The position numbers and the translations under genes are program-made. Below are positions 1 through 11,109 of a DNA stretch of 64,000 bases, piece after piece. The stretch is from positions 56,463 to 120,462 of the forward strand of contig NW_003314444.1 of the NCBI RefSeq assembly GCF_000143415.4. Direction: 5' to 3'. The stretch is from Selaginella moellendorffii. Lineage: Eukaryota > Plantae > Lycopodiophyta. Position 1 is the stretch's first letter, and every line of letters begins with the position of its first letter. A model generated the notes under the pieces. It was not told the DNA's origin and did no database searches. It was given only the letters and a program-made list of their open reading frames with translations.

Positions 1-619
1 CATCACCCGTCGGTCACACAGTGGGAGAAAACTGTGCCATGCTATTCAGCGACCGAACCCCTGACTCCCCGAAGTCGCATAAATACCACGGAGCATATGT
101 CCTCCGCCTCATGCTTACTTAGTGAGCGGCCCTAAGGGCCTGCGTGCACATACGGGGTTTGCGTCTATCGCCACCGAACCCAGCTCCCCGCCACCGCCCC
201 CATGCGATATGAGCTCAGCGCCCATTCCTGACAATGCTAATTGCCCGCCTGGATCCAGACTTGGTGGACCCTCCTGAACATCAGTACATTCACCATCACA
301 TGTGAGTGGAGCCATCACCCATCAAGGACACAGATAGAGGAGCAAACCTTTGATCAAAAGGCATGAGACGGGAGGGATATGCCAGCTGGGAGTGCAGAAT
401 CAAGAGGGTGCTCGAGGATGTTGTTGCTAGCAACCGTGATGCCATACAGAGTCTAAAATATGGAATTGTCCATGTTAGACTATATGGCAACTATAAAGCT
501 TGCGAAAGGGGAGGCCTTAGCAAGCTGAGGGACAGAGTTCCTTTAAGGTTCCCAAAGACAATTCTAGGTAGCGTAGTACCTAGAAAGGCCAAGTGTAAAT
601 GGTTCATGGAACGCGCGAA

Positions 620-646
620 ATCAGAGTGGCGCAGCAGAAGCGTGGT
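620..646 (+). other. 5' fragment (nt 1-27) of plant initiator tRNA-Met
   Basis: ATCAGAGTGGCGCAGCAGAAGCGTGGT matches plant tRNA-iMet ATCAGAGTGGCGCAGCGGAAGCGTGGT (recalled) at 26/27; the rest of the tRNA is absent. Confidence 0.8.
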
Positions 647-692
647 CTTGAAGCTTGCCATGAGGCAAGGTTATCAAGGTTAGGGAAGTAGT

Positions 693-1287
693 TGTAAGCA
701 ACCAAAGGGAACAACTCGAGAGACGATCCATAGGGGTTCAAATATAGAGGGAAAGGGCCCATGAATAAAAGTGCACCCCCTTTTCTAATCGGTTAAGGGT
801 CTTGGGATATTTGGGGTTAATCGTCCTTGGGTTTGAATAGTACTGGGTTGGGTGACCTCCCGGGAAGTCCAAACTCAGGAGCTTACATTTGGTATCAGAG
901 CGGTCTCGGGTCCAACTCTGTTGGTTGGCTAAGGGAATCACACCACATGTTGATTGACATCTGGCTGGTCCAGTTTGCTCCCACTGGGCTTGACCTGAGG
1001 GGTAGGGTGTCAAGAGAGCAAGGCTCTCGGGAGAGCTGCGGCTCTCAGCTTCCGTTCACGAGGGCGTGAACTTGCAGGGAAGCGTGGTGGATTGTAAGCA
1101 ACCAAAGGGAACGACTCGAGAGACGATCCATAGGGGTTCAAATATAGAGGGAAAGGGCCCATGAATAAAAGTGCACCCCCTTTTCCAATCGGTTAAAGGT
1201 CTTGGGATATTTGGGGTTAAGCGTCCTTGGGTTTGAATAGTACTGGGTTGGGTGACCTCCCGGGAAGTCCAAACTCAGGAGCTTACA
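693..1287 (+). mobile_element. Cassandra-like TRIM with 5S rRNA-derived LTR segment, intact
   Basis: 195-bp LTRs at 693-887 and 1093-1287 (TGTAAGC...GCTTACA, 4 mismatches); TSD GTAGT at 688-692/1288-1292; PBS TGGTATCAGAGC at 890-901; 205-bp non-coding interior. LTRs contain GGTTAAGCGTCCTTGGG..TAGTACTGGGTTGGGTGACCTCCCGGGAAGTCC (5S A-box/IE/C-box region). Confidence 0.93.
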
Positions 1288-3016
1288 GTAGTTCCTGAGT
1301 GTTCAAAGAGAGGGCTTTGAAAGAAAGTCGATGGTCAAGGACTTTCACGCTTATGCAGGAACCATGTTACAATGGTCGGAGGACTTGCCAAGTGAGATTG
1401 GCACGTCGGGGGAACAAAGACCCTAGTTGAAGGTGATAACTTCAAAAAGGGTGGGCCATGGGGCCGAGCATGGAGGAGTCCATGCATGATCACAGACATG
1501 TCAAGTGAGAGGACTTGACAGTGTGGAGGAACTAGGTTCCTAAGCTGTGATCTGTAGCGCGCTTTAAAAATAGGTTGGTGCACCGGCGTGGGGAGTCACG
1601 CCAGGCATCTAGTGTGATGCCGTCCGTAGATGCATATATGGAGGTTGGGTTCGAGTCCCGACCCTCTAGTGCTTGGGTTCGAGTCCCAAATCACTAGGGC
1701 GTGGTGATGGTTTGGAATATGAGGACACTCATATTTCGGTGGTCATGGACTCTCAGTGGGGAGACTGGTTTGGGCACACCGCCAAGCGAGGGATGCCTCG
1801 GAGTCGTGATGCACGGTTAGATTGCTTAGTGTGAAAGCTCGGCATATCTAACTTGAACGCTTTGGTGCAAGTGGCACCAAGGACGTGGTGAGTGAGATGG
1901 GGACACCTAATCTCAGTTGCTATGGACCCTTGGCCGGAAGGGCTAGCTTGGGCACACCGCCAAGTGTGGGGGATGCCCCTGGGGTCGTAGTTAACAAGTT
2001 AAAGGTCTGGAAGACCTAGTACCTATTAGCAAACCTGTTAAGGTGCCGAGGTGAGATCACTAAGTGATCTTGTGGCTAAATAAGGACAAGGTCCTTGTTT
2101 GGGTTAAGGAATAAGGTTCCTAGTTCAAAGTGTTGATTTGAACTATTGATGATGGTGTGGCTTGGTCAAGGTGACCAAGTGGGAAAAGCACCTTAGGGAA
2201 ATGAGCTATGTCATTGCGATAGCATAGTGTGTCCAAGAAAAGTAGTCTCTAAAGAGACCCATGAGAGGGTCACAAAGTTGGGCCATGGATAGAGCCATAG
2301 CAGAAGATGCTAAAGAGACGTACTAGGGGTGAACATCCTCCGGACTTGGCAAATAAGAGTCTTTGCCATGGAACCGAAAGGATACCTCAAAAATGGAGGT
2401 AGCGATCCAATGTTGCTGGGTGCAACAATCAAGGATAGGAGCAAAGGACTAGTGGCCAAGTTTGGGCCATGGAATTTAATGGAAGGGATCCAAATGGCAA
2501 AGTTAGGCAAGGAACACTAATGTGTTCGATGCTAACAGCTTGTGGGAAAGGAAGTGGACTTCCAAGGATGGATTCCTAAGTGCTCCAATTTGGTGAAGTA
2601 AAAGCTCCAAGTGAGGGAGCAGTAAGGTAGCTAAATGATAGGGCCATGGACAGCCCTAGCACAAAGTATGATAAATGGAACTTAGTGCCCAAGGTGGCAC
2701 GAAATAGAAGAGAGGATGAGGGTGCCCTCAAGTAATGAACTTCCTAGGATGGGGAAGTGGAGTTGCACAATCTGTGCAATGCAAGGTGTTGGGGACACCT
2801 AGGAAATTGACTTCCAAAAGTCAAAAGAGTAAAAGTTCCAAGGTGCAAACATTCAATAGATGGAAATTGAGACTACTCGAGAAGGAGTAGTGGGATTGAC
2901 TTAGAGAAGGGTCTCTAAGAGATTTAGCGAGAACTAAACCAATAAAAGGAGAGAATCGCTACATGTGGTCCAATCAGTCTCTAAGTTGGAGAGACTACCC
3001 TCCTTAGAGGATAGGC

Positions 3017-3151
3017 AAGGCATGGTGAGCCTTTGGTGTCAAACCATGGAGGCATATGCAAAAGGCATGGTGAGCCTTCAATGTCAAACCATTGACGAAT
3101 ATGGAGAAGGCATGGTGAGCCTTCAATGTCAAACCATTGACAAATATTGGC
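3017..3151 (+). repeat. Three 45-bp tandem repeats
   Basis: AAGGCATGGTGAGCCTT...TGTCAAACCAT units start at 3017, 3062 and 3107. Confidence 0.9.
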
Positions 3152-3484
3152 TAGGTGCCAAGGATGGAAATGGTAACACATGCGAGTGTTACTTTACAAA
3201 ATGGTTTACCGTTCGATAAGGACATCGAACTTCGTCTATGGGTGGTGGAGTTGTGAGACACAAAATCCCTAGACCCCAAAGTGGAGCCGGAAAGGGTGCC
3301 ACGTGGTAGTGGCTGAAGCGAGAGCCAAATGAGCGTAACACGTTTGGACCAAAAGCTCCGACTTGAAAAGTCAAGAGCGGGAGTGGAACTCCCAACGAAG
3401 TGCTCGAGGAACGAGCACGAAGCGAGCAAAAAGTGAGGCTCCAAAAAGGGACCCAAAAGGACCAACACATGACACGTGGAAGTG

Positions 3485-3809
3485 TCCGAGATGGACTCGA
3501 GTTGGAGTCCGAAGTGGAGTCCAAGATGGAGTCCGAGATGGAGTCCGAGGTGGACCCGAGATGGACCCAGGATGGAGTCCGAGATGGAGTCCGAGGTGGA
3601 CCCGAGATGGACCCGAAATGGAGTCCGAGATGGAGTCCGAGGTGGACTCGAGATGGACCCGAAATGGAGTCCGAGATGGAGTCCGAGATGGACCCGAGAT
3701 GGAGTCCGAGATGGACCCGAAATGGAGTCCGAGATGGACCCGAGATGGAGTCCGAGATGGAGTCCGAGATGGAGTCCGAGATGGAGTCCGAAGTCGAGAC
3801 CGAGACCGG

Positions 3810-3847
<38 letters not shown>

Positions 3848-3971
3848 TCAGGACCGAGAACGAGACCGAGGCTGAGGCCGAGACCGAGGCCGAGGCCGAG
3901 TCCGAGTCCGAGTCCGAGGCCGAGGCCGAGTCCGAGTCCGAGTCCGAGTCCGAGTCTGAGTTCGAGTCTGA
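3485..3971 (+). repeat. Minisatellite inside the LTR: 11-12-mers (GATGGAGTCCGA/GATGGACCCGA) grading into 6-mers (GAGACC/GAGGCC/GAGTCC)
   Basis: Directly visible; a degenerate homolog lies on the minus strand at ~7733-8000. Confidence 0.92.
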
Positions 3972-4968
3972 GAGGGTGAAAGCCCAAAGCGTTCGTCTCC
4001 CAGACCCTGGGGGGTTTGGTGAGCTCCAAAAGTATAGTGAGGGGGAGGACTGCAGTGGAGCCAGTTTGGCCAGGAAAGGCCAGTTTGGCCCAGGAAGGCC
4101 GGACCCAGTGTTGGGTGATGAACTGACCACTGGGAAGTCCAAGACTAGAGTGAATACGGACCGACAAGCGGGGTAGCTTGGTGAAGTGTTCTAGAGCCGG
4201 CTCTAGTTCCCCCGGGAGATCGACTGGCCGATGCTCCCAGTCCAAGTGTGGGTGGCACTACCTACTTGGATACCAGGCGTGGCTCAATGGAACCTCGCTC
4301 TAAGCCCATGGCTAGAGCACCTAAGGGCAGAAGGCGAGGAGAGTACCCAGGTGGCTCGCGTAAGGCCACGGTGTTCCGAAATGTTGCCCCAAAGGGCCAG
4401 ACTGTGGAAAGGAAGAGGAGCAGTCCTCTGGGGTAGTGACCAAGGACACAGTCGTGTGGTGAGGAAGTCCCAGAGGACCGTGGGACTTGGTGGCCGGGCC
4501 TGTGGGTCTCGATCCAGTGGTAGTGTTGGCAAACACGGCCAAGGGCAGAAAGGGACTTAGTGGGGACTGACAGAGGGATATTGGGGAAGGCTATTCCCCT
4601 TGTCGATGGGCATCCTAAGGGTGCTAAGGAGTGGATCTCAGATGACCACTCACGGATGGTTTGCCTAGTCTTGGAGAGCCAAGACTGTGATGCAAGTGGT
4701 AATGGACTACCAGTGTGGCAAAGGTGATTGGGCATGGCCTTAGCATAACGGGCTGCTATGTTGGTGGTACCTTTGAGTGTCGGTCATGGGATCGGACATG
4801 TGGAGCACTTGGACCAAGTGCAAATATTGAGTGGCATGGATGCCATTCTCGGGGCTAGCAAGTCCCAAGTCTTGGATTGGACTTATGGAGGTTGTGAATG
4901 AGACTCCTCCAAGTGGTCGGAGGTGTGGTTAAGTGACTAAAGTAGAATGGAAAAATTAGTCGCTTACA

Positions 4969-5460
4969 CAAGGTTCTTATGTTACTATATAATAGCAAAC
5001 TTTATGTGAAAAAGTGCAAATGTGAGTTTGTAAAGTTGAAGATGGAATATCTAGGCCATATTGTGACATTTAAAGGTGTCAAGACAAATCCAAGAAAGGT
5101 GACTGTGGTGGAGAACTAGCTTACACCAATTTCAGTAACTAAGTTATGTAGCTTCTTTGGTATGGTTAGGTACTATTGATGTTTCTAGCACAAGTTTGTA
5201 GAGGTGGCTATTCCTTTGACATAGTTGTTGTGCAAGAACATGTCATTTAAGTGGAAGAAGCCATATAAGGATAGTTTTGTGGCATTGAAATGGTTGTTGA
5301 GCAAGTCTCTAGTTCTTTGCATTGCTGATCCATTAAAACCTTACAAGGTGATATGTGATATGAGTGGTTATGCACTAGGAGGAGTTCTTATGCAAAAGGG
5401 ACAACCTATTGTATATGAAAGTTGAACTTTGAGTCTTATGGAGCAACGCTATTCCCCATA
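4969..5460 (+). pseudogene. Ty3/gypsy RT-RNase H fragment, same family as the element at 36165
   Basis: KCEF..EYLGHIV and VICDMSGYALGGVLMQ..PIVYES; colinear with ~38557-39050; contains stops. Confidence 0.85.
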
Positions 5461-5890
5461 TTTCAGAATCCAACACCAATATTTGCAAAATGTAAAATAA
5501 ACATTCAAGACTAGATCACTAAGACCATATTTTCTGAAATTCATATTGCACTAATACTCTTCTTTAATCATCTTCATAATCTAATATGAAGCCAAAACAC
5601 TAACAAGAAAAATGATCTGGAAAATCAAGCTCTAAGGAAAGTTCCTTATCAATTGTTGGATGGAGAAGGTGTGAAGGCAATGGCATTGCTAGCATTGATG
5701 TTAGTGGAGGTGGCATTGTTATATTAAGTGACAATATACTCCAAGTGCTAATGAATTTACCTACAATTATAGCAATTAAATGTTAGAATCCTTTCCAACA
5801 TCTCAATGCGCAAACTCTCAAAAACTAAGGTACTAGTTTAAGCTTAGCATAAAATGGATCACCATTGAGAATTTAGTCAAAACTACTACT

Positions 5891-8000
5891 TGTAAGCAAC
5901 TAAATTTTCCATTTGAGGTCTCATCTCAGATCCATCTCGGACTCTGTCTCAAGTCCACTTATGTCCCTTTTCTAGAAACTCACTTATCGCTCGCTTCATG
6001 CTTGTTCATTGAGCACTTCATTAGGAGTTCCACTCCCGCTCTCAACCTTTCAAGTTGAAGCTTTTGGTCCAAATGTGTTATGCTCGTTTGGCTTTCGCTT
6101 CGGCCACTACCACATGGCACCCATTTGGCTCCACTTTAGGGCCTAGGGATTTTGTGTCTCAAAATTACGTTAAATCCCGCCATGTCCAACATGATGAAAT
6201 CCATGTCTACTTTCCATGTCCCTACTTCGACTCTCGCTTGTCGAAGTACCTCATTGGTGCTTTGGCTACCTTGAATAAACTCTATAGTCCTTGGTTCACC
6301 CAACCGCTGCATTGTTAGTTCGGCTTGCCGGACTATGTCTGTAGCCACAAAATTATCTAAAGCACCCGTGTCAATAAGGATCTTAACAAAGCTACCTCTG
6401 AGCTTCCCTCGAAGGGCTAGTAGATGTCGCAAATGACTCTCTACCAAAGTTGCTTGTGTAATGAGTAACTTTGAGCTAAAGACTAGATCGCGTACCTCAA
6501 TTTGGATTTCACTTGACTTAATGGCTTGAGGGACTGATTCCACTTCAGTCTGTTTGACCTTGTTTGTTTCTAGCTCAGTCCCTATCAAAGGGTCCGCACC
6601 TTTTGCACTGCTAGCATTCGCAGTCTTTCACTTTTTCTTCTGCTTTTTATCACGCTTTAACTTCTATACGAGAGTCTCCAGCAGGGCATTGGTCTATGTC
6701 AATTGTCCTTCTAGAACATCCAATTGAGCTTTGGACGACTGAACCTCGCCATCAGACTCCTGTTTGGAAGTTTCCTCACTAGAGTCCTCCTCATGCAAGG
6801 ATTCCTCATCCATAGCCTTTTGTTCGACTGGAGGCTCCAGCTTCGGAGGAGGTTCGGTCTCCGCCTTGGTTCGTTTACACCCTGACTTTGCCATCTCCCA
6901 GCAATCCGCATTTATCCTGCAGAATAAGCTCTAATACCAAATTGTAAGCCACAATTTTTTCCTTTCCAATTGCTAGCTTACCTCGTCTATCCGACCAACA
7001 CTGCCTTGGCCTTTGCTAAGTTCCCTCACTAAGGTTCCCACCTATTATACCAGCTCCTACTTGGTCCTACTTGGTTTCAACTACTCATTACACGAGCAAT
7101 GGAGCATTAGCCCTCCATCCACGGATTCCCAAATATCTCCCAATTACCCTCCCCAGGTAGACTGGATTTAAGGTTTAGCTACACTCCCCACAAGCATAAG
7201 CAGCTAACCACACCAAGCCTCTAGGTTCCTAACATCCCTTGGTACAACAAGGCTGATCATGGGACCCTCTAAATCCCAAGCTTTGGGTGCAACACTTGCT
7301 TCGGGAAGTCAAGGGGAAACACCATGGCCTAACGGCCTGGTATGGGTACCTCTACCCCACCACTTCCAATCCTGAAGGGAAGGCCCAAGCCCCTAGGAAG
7401 GGTGAGGACCAATAAGCCATAAGGTATTCATGTGAGGCACCACTCCACATGAGCCAGAAGCACCATAGTTGGTTTCCCTTCCAGGAGTGGGAGTTGCTCT
7501 TGAGCACTTCCTTATATGGCCCCTCCAGCACCACCCAAGTCTATGCTCACTCCCACCAAGGCCCCTTGGCCCCAGTCTCAACCAGTTTAGAAGCACCACT
7601 GGAGAGTTCCTTCAAGACTGATTCCTAGACCTCACTATCCCTACTATACTTTTGGAACCCTCTGTAGCCCCCTCCCTTCCCCCCCCCCGGGAGACACATG
7701 CTTTGGGCTTTCACCCCTCAACCTGTATTAGTACTCGGACTTGGTCTCGGACTCAATCTCGGACTCAATCTCGAACCCGACCTTGGACTCGGCCTCGGAC
7801 TTGATCTCGGACTCGACCTCGAACCCGATCTCAGACTCAACCTCATACTCGACCTCGGACTCAGTCTCGGACCCAATCTCGGATCTTGGACTCCATCTCA
7901 AACTCGGTCTAGGAATGGGCCTCGGACTCGATCCCAGACTCTATCTTAAACTCAGTCTTAGAGTCGGTCTTGGACTCAATCTAAGACTCAGTCCTATCCA
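5891..8000 (-). mobile_element. Deleted Ty3/gypsy element: 5' LTR (~8000-6943), PBS, gag N-terminus and aspartic protease, internally deleted 3' LTR (6164-5891)
   Basis: Minus strand reads GCTTACA-ATT-TGGTATTAGAGC at 6949-6928; ORF 6136-6588 carries LRGSFVKILIDTGALDNFV; the LTRs are homologous to 3252-4968. Confidence 0.8.
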
Positions 8001-8140
8001 ATGAACTCTTTATCATTTTGGTTGTGCTTTCGAGATCCTTTTAGCCTATGATACCTCAGGGAGTTGGTTCCTTACAGGTATTCCACCAACTAATATAGTT
8101 TGGAACTTAGACTTAGACCTAAGTTATATGTAGAACAAGG

Positions 8141-9827
8141 ATAAGGTTTTCCTTAGAGGGTTGAGGATGTGATCCAGATGAGCATTTGACTTAGCAAATT
8201 AGCTAATATAGTTGTGGTAAACAACTATAGTTGGGATCACGGGAAATATGGAGACTCCAAAACAATAAAAGAGTCACAAGATTATCCTCATATAGTTGAG
8301 GTTGGAACTCATGAATTTGAGTTATGTGGGGGGTTCCAAATGTATAGTAGGGATAGTGGTTGGAATGCATGTCCGACCACCTGAGTCATTAGTTTGGCTC
8401 CCGCTGGGCTATGTCGCTCCTTGTTCTGCGTCCGGCTTGAGTCCAAGCCCAAGCTCCATGCTGCTCTAGTCGGTGGAGTACCCTCCTCCTCGCGTTAGGC
8501 CACCGGTATGCCAAAATTGTGCCAGACTCCGTCTGACACCATTTTGCGTGCAGGTGCTAGATATGGAGAGCTAGTGCTCGTGGGATAGTACCAGACCCTC
8601 GTTCATAGCGCAACGGCCTTGGAGTTCGGCTCCAAATTCAAGTGCGCTACAATGAGCATGGCCTTAGTGTAATAGGCTAATATATTAGTGATACCTTTAG
8701 ATGTCGGTCATAGGATCAAACACGTAGAGCACTTGGACCAGTGCAAAGGTTGAGTGGCATGGATGCCATTCTTGAGGCTAGTAAACCCCAAGTCTGGAAT
8801 AGGACTTAAGGAGGTTGTGAGTGAGACTCCTCTAAGTGGTTGAAGGTGTGGTTAAGTGACTAAAGTAGAAGTACAATTTGGTATCAGAGTTGTTCCTTAG
8901 TCTGACTTTTATTAGTGGCCAAGTATATCACCACTTGTATTGGCATCAGAAAGTCCTAGGATTAAGCCTATCCTTGAGGAGTAGCACGTTGGGAGGATGT
9001 GGCTCTTCACTCTAGTTCATGCGTGAACTTGTATGCAATATGGTAGATAGAAAAGGGGTCAATAAGGAAACAACTTTGGGATTTTTGGAATAGTATAAGG
9101 TTTTCCTTAGAGGGTTGAGGAATGATCCAGATGAGCATTTGACTTAGCAAATTAACTAATATAGTTGTGGTAAACAACTATAGTTGGGATCACGGGAAAT
9201 ATGGAGACTCCAAAATAATAAAAGAGTTACAAGATTATCCTCATATAGTTGAGGCTGGAACTCATGAATTTGAGACTAGAATTAATGATCATGGAAGATT
9301 AAGTATGGATAAGGACATGAGTCCTTGAAATAGTAGCTAAAGCTACCTTTTATAAATGTTGGAACAAACCTAAAGAGTTGGGAGTGTATTTAGAGGATGA
9401 GTTGGTATTCTCAGCATATGGACGGATAGTTCTAAGGGGCAAAGGTAGCCCATAGAGAAAAAAAAATAATTAGTGCCGAAGTAACACTTGCAAAGATGCT
9501 CCTTGGGAGTAGGACATAAATATAAGAAGGTATATTCTAATGAACTAGCACCTCAAAAATAGCCAAAAGGCTAAGACATTACCGGTCATTGAATTAGCAA
9601 AATCTAAAAAGCTAGATGACTCGAGTGGAGTCAAGGAATAGTCTTAAAGGAATACTGGAAGCATTTGGACTGAGGTGTGTTATACCCTATGAAAGACAAA
9701 GAAGATTATAACGATCATGGATGCCATTCTCGGGGCTAGTAAGCCCTAAGTCTAGAATAGGACTTAAGGAGGGAGGTTGTCAATGAGACTCCTCCAAGTG
9801 GTCAAAGGTGTGGTTAAATGACTAAAG
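8141..9827 (+). mobile_element. Decayed small non-autonomous LTR element (LTR - PBS - ~170 bp interior - LTR) containing a fragment of the family-A LTR (8325-8651)
   Basis: Direct repeats 8141-8321/9095-9274 and ~8758-8866/~9717-9827; GTACA-ATT-TGGTATCAGAG at 8871-8889; LTR 3' part homologous to 4733-4947. Confidence 0.55.
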
Positions 9828-10072
9828 CACTAAAACTCTTATTTAATCACCTTCAATATCCAATGTGAAGCCAAAATACTAACAAGAAAAATGATATAGA
9901 ACATCAAGATTTAAAAAGAATTCCTCATCACTTGAAATAACAATGTCATTTCCACTAACACAAGTGTTAGCAATGTCAATGCTTCAACTTCACACCTTCT
10001 CCATCCAACAATTTACTCAAATGCTAATGGATAAACCAACAAGCTATAGCAAATGAATGCTATAACCCTTTC

Positions 10073-10746
10073 TGTAGCGCATGTGATCATGGGATGAGAT
10101 TTGGATATACTGTCACCGTGGATCCTTGAAACCTTGGGAGATAAATAGGGATAAAATAGCCACTAAGGGCTCTCTCATCAAGCAATTGCCCCTTTTCCAG
10201 TTGGCTTAAGGGGAGAGAGATAAGGTGCGCTACAGTTAGTATCGGAGCAAATGGCACGGGTTCGATTCCCATTGATTAGTGGCTACTTAAAAGTATAATA
10301 TACCCTTGAGCAAGGTATATTCCTACCCCTAAATTTGAAATTGTACGTATTGGGCATCCATACGTACGTCCTTCCTCTTGTGTGGAGTATCCACGGACGA
10401 AGGTATCCACCGTGGGACTGCAGTACGGGTGGATGACTAGTTGCCTCACATGGAATAGCTAGTCTACACAATGGAAGGATTGGTAGATTGAGTGCGGAAA
10501 TGGAGGTGTTGGTTCCCCTTGGCTCAGTAGGGGTTGTTAGTCAATAGTCAATAAGGACATTGACATCTCTGAAGGGGGGGTGAGTGTAGCGCATGTGATC
10601 ATGGGATGAGATTTGGATATACTGTCACCGTGGATCCTTGGAACCTTGGGAGATAAATAGGGATAAAATAGCCACTAAGGGCTCTCTCATCAAGCAATTG
10701 CCCCTTTTCCAGTTGGCTTAAGGGGAGAGAGATAAGGTGCGCTACA
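10073..10746 (+). mobile_element. TRIM family 2, intact and young
   Basis: 162-bp LTRs at 10073-10234 and 10585-10746 (TGTAGC...GCTACA, 1 mismatch); TSD CTTTC; PBS-like TAGTATCGGAGC; PPT GAAGGGGGGGTGAG; 350-bp non-coding interior. Confidence 0.93.
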
Positions 10747-11109
10747 CTTTCCCTACATCTCATAGGCAAACTCAAGGAATCAAGGAACCAATTTAAGCTT
10801 AATATATCATAGATTACTATTGAGAATTCTGTCAAAGCTACTACAATGCTACTATGTGCAAGTAGACTAGCTTTACTATTAACCACTTTGGATTATCGTT
10901 TAACCAAGCAACTTTGTAAACACATTGCTCACTATCACATAGATATGAGATAAGAAATCACAATGATTTGATCATCAATTGAGTAGCACCACAAGCAACA
11001 CTCATGTTATTATTTCAAAGGTTTATGTATATATCAAGTGCCAACGCAATTCAATAAAATGCAACATAAATGCCCCATTCCATCGATAGATATTTATAAC
11101 ACCCAACAC

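Larger units (their letters stand above)
340..4968 (+). mobile_element. LARD-like non-coding LTR retroelement: internal region plus 1.7 kb 3' LTR (3252-4968); left boundary approximate
   Basis: Stem-loop at 3211-3230 and the PPT-like GGGTGGTGGAGT precede TG at 3252. The LTR ends ...GTCGCTTACA at 4968, directly against a gypsy RT fragment. Both LTR ends are homologous to the minus-strand LTR at 5891-6164. No retroelement ORF in 340-3251. Confidence 0.6.

Noticed and set aside
115-683. Short ORFs at the window start
   Set aside because: No recognisable domain; probably retroelement-derived sequence.
620-700. Functional tRNA-Met gene
   Set aside because: No anticodon arm, T-arm or acceptor 3' strand.
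815-870. 5S rRNA gene
   Set aside because: Only the ~55-nt internal control region is present, inside LTRs; no 5S 5' part, 3' end or T-run terminator.
3017-3151. CRISPR-like array
   Set aside because: The inter-repeat parts are themselves homologous (plain tandem repeat), there are no cas genes, and the context is eukaryotic.
3151-4245. Long overlapping ORFs (GL-, SD-, ESEM- and RP-rich)
   Set aside because: By-products of a stop-free minisatellite inside an LTR; open in nearly all frames.
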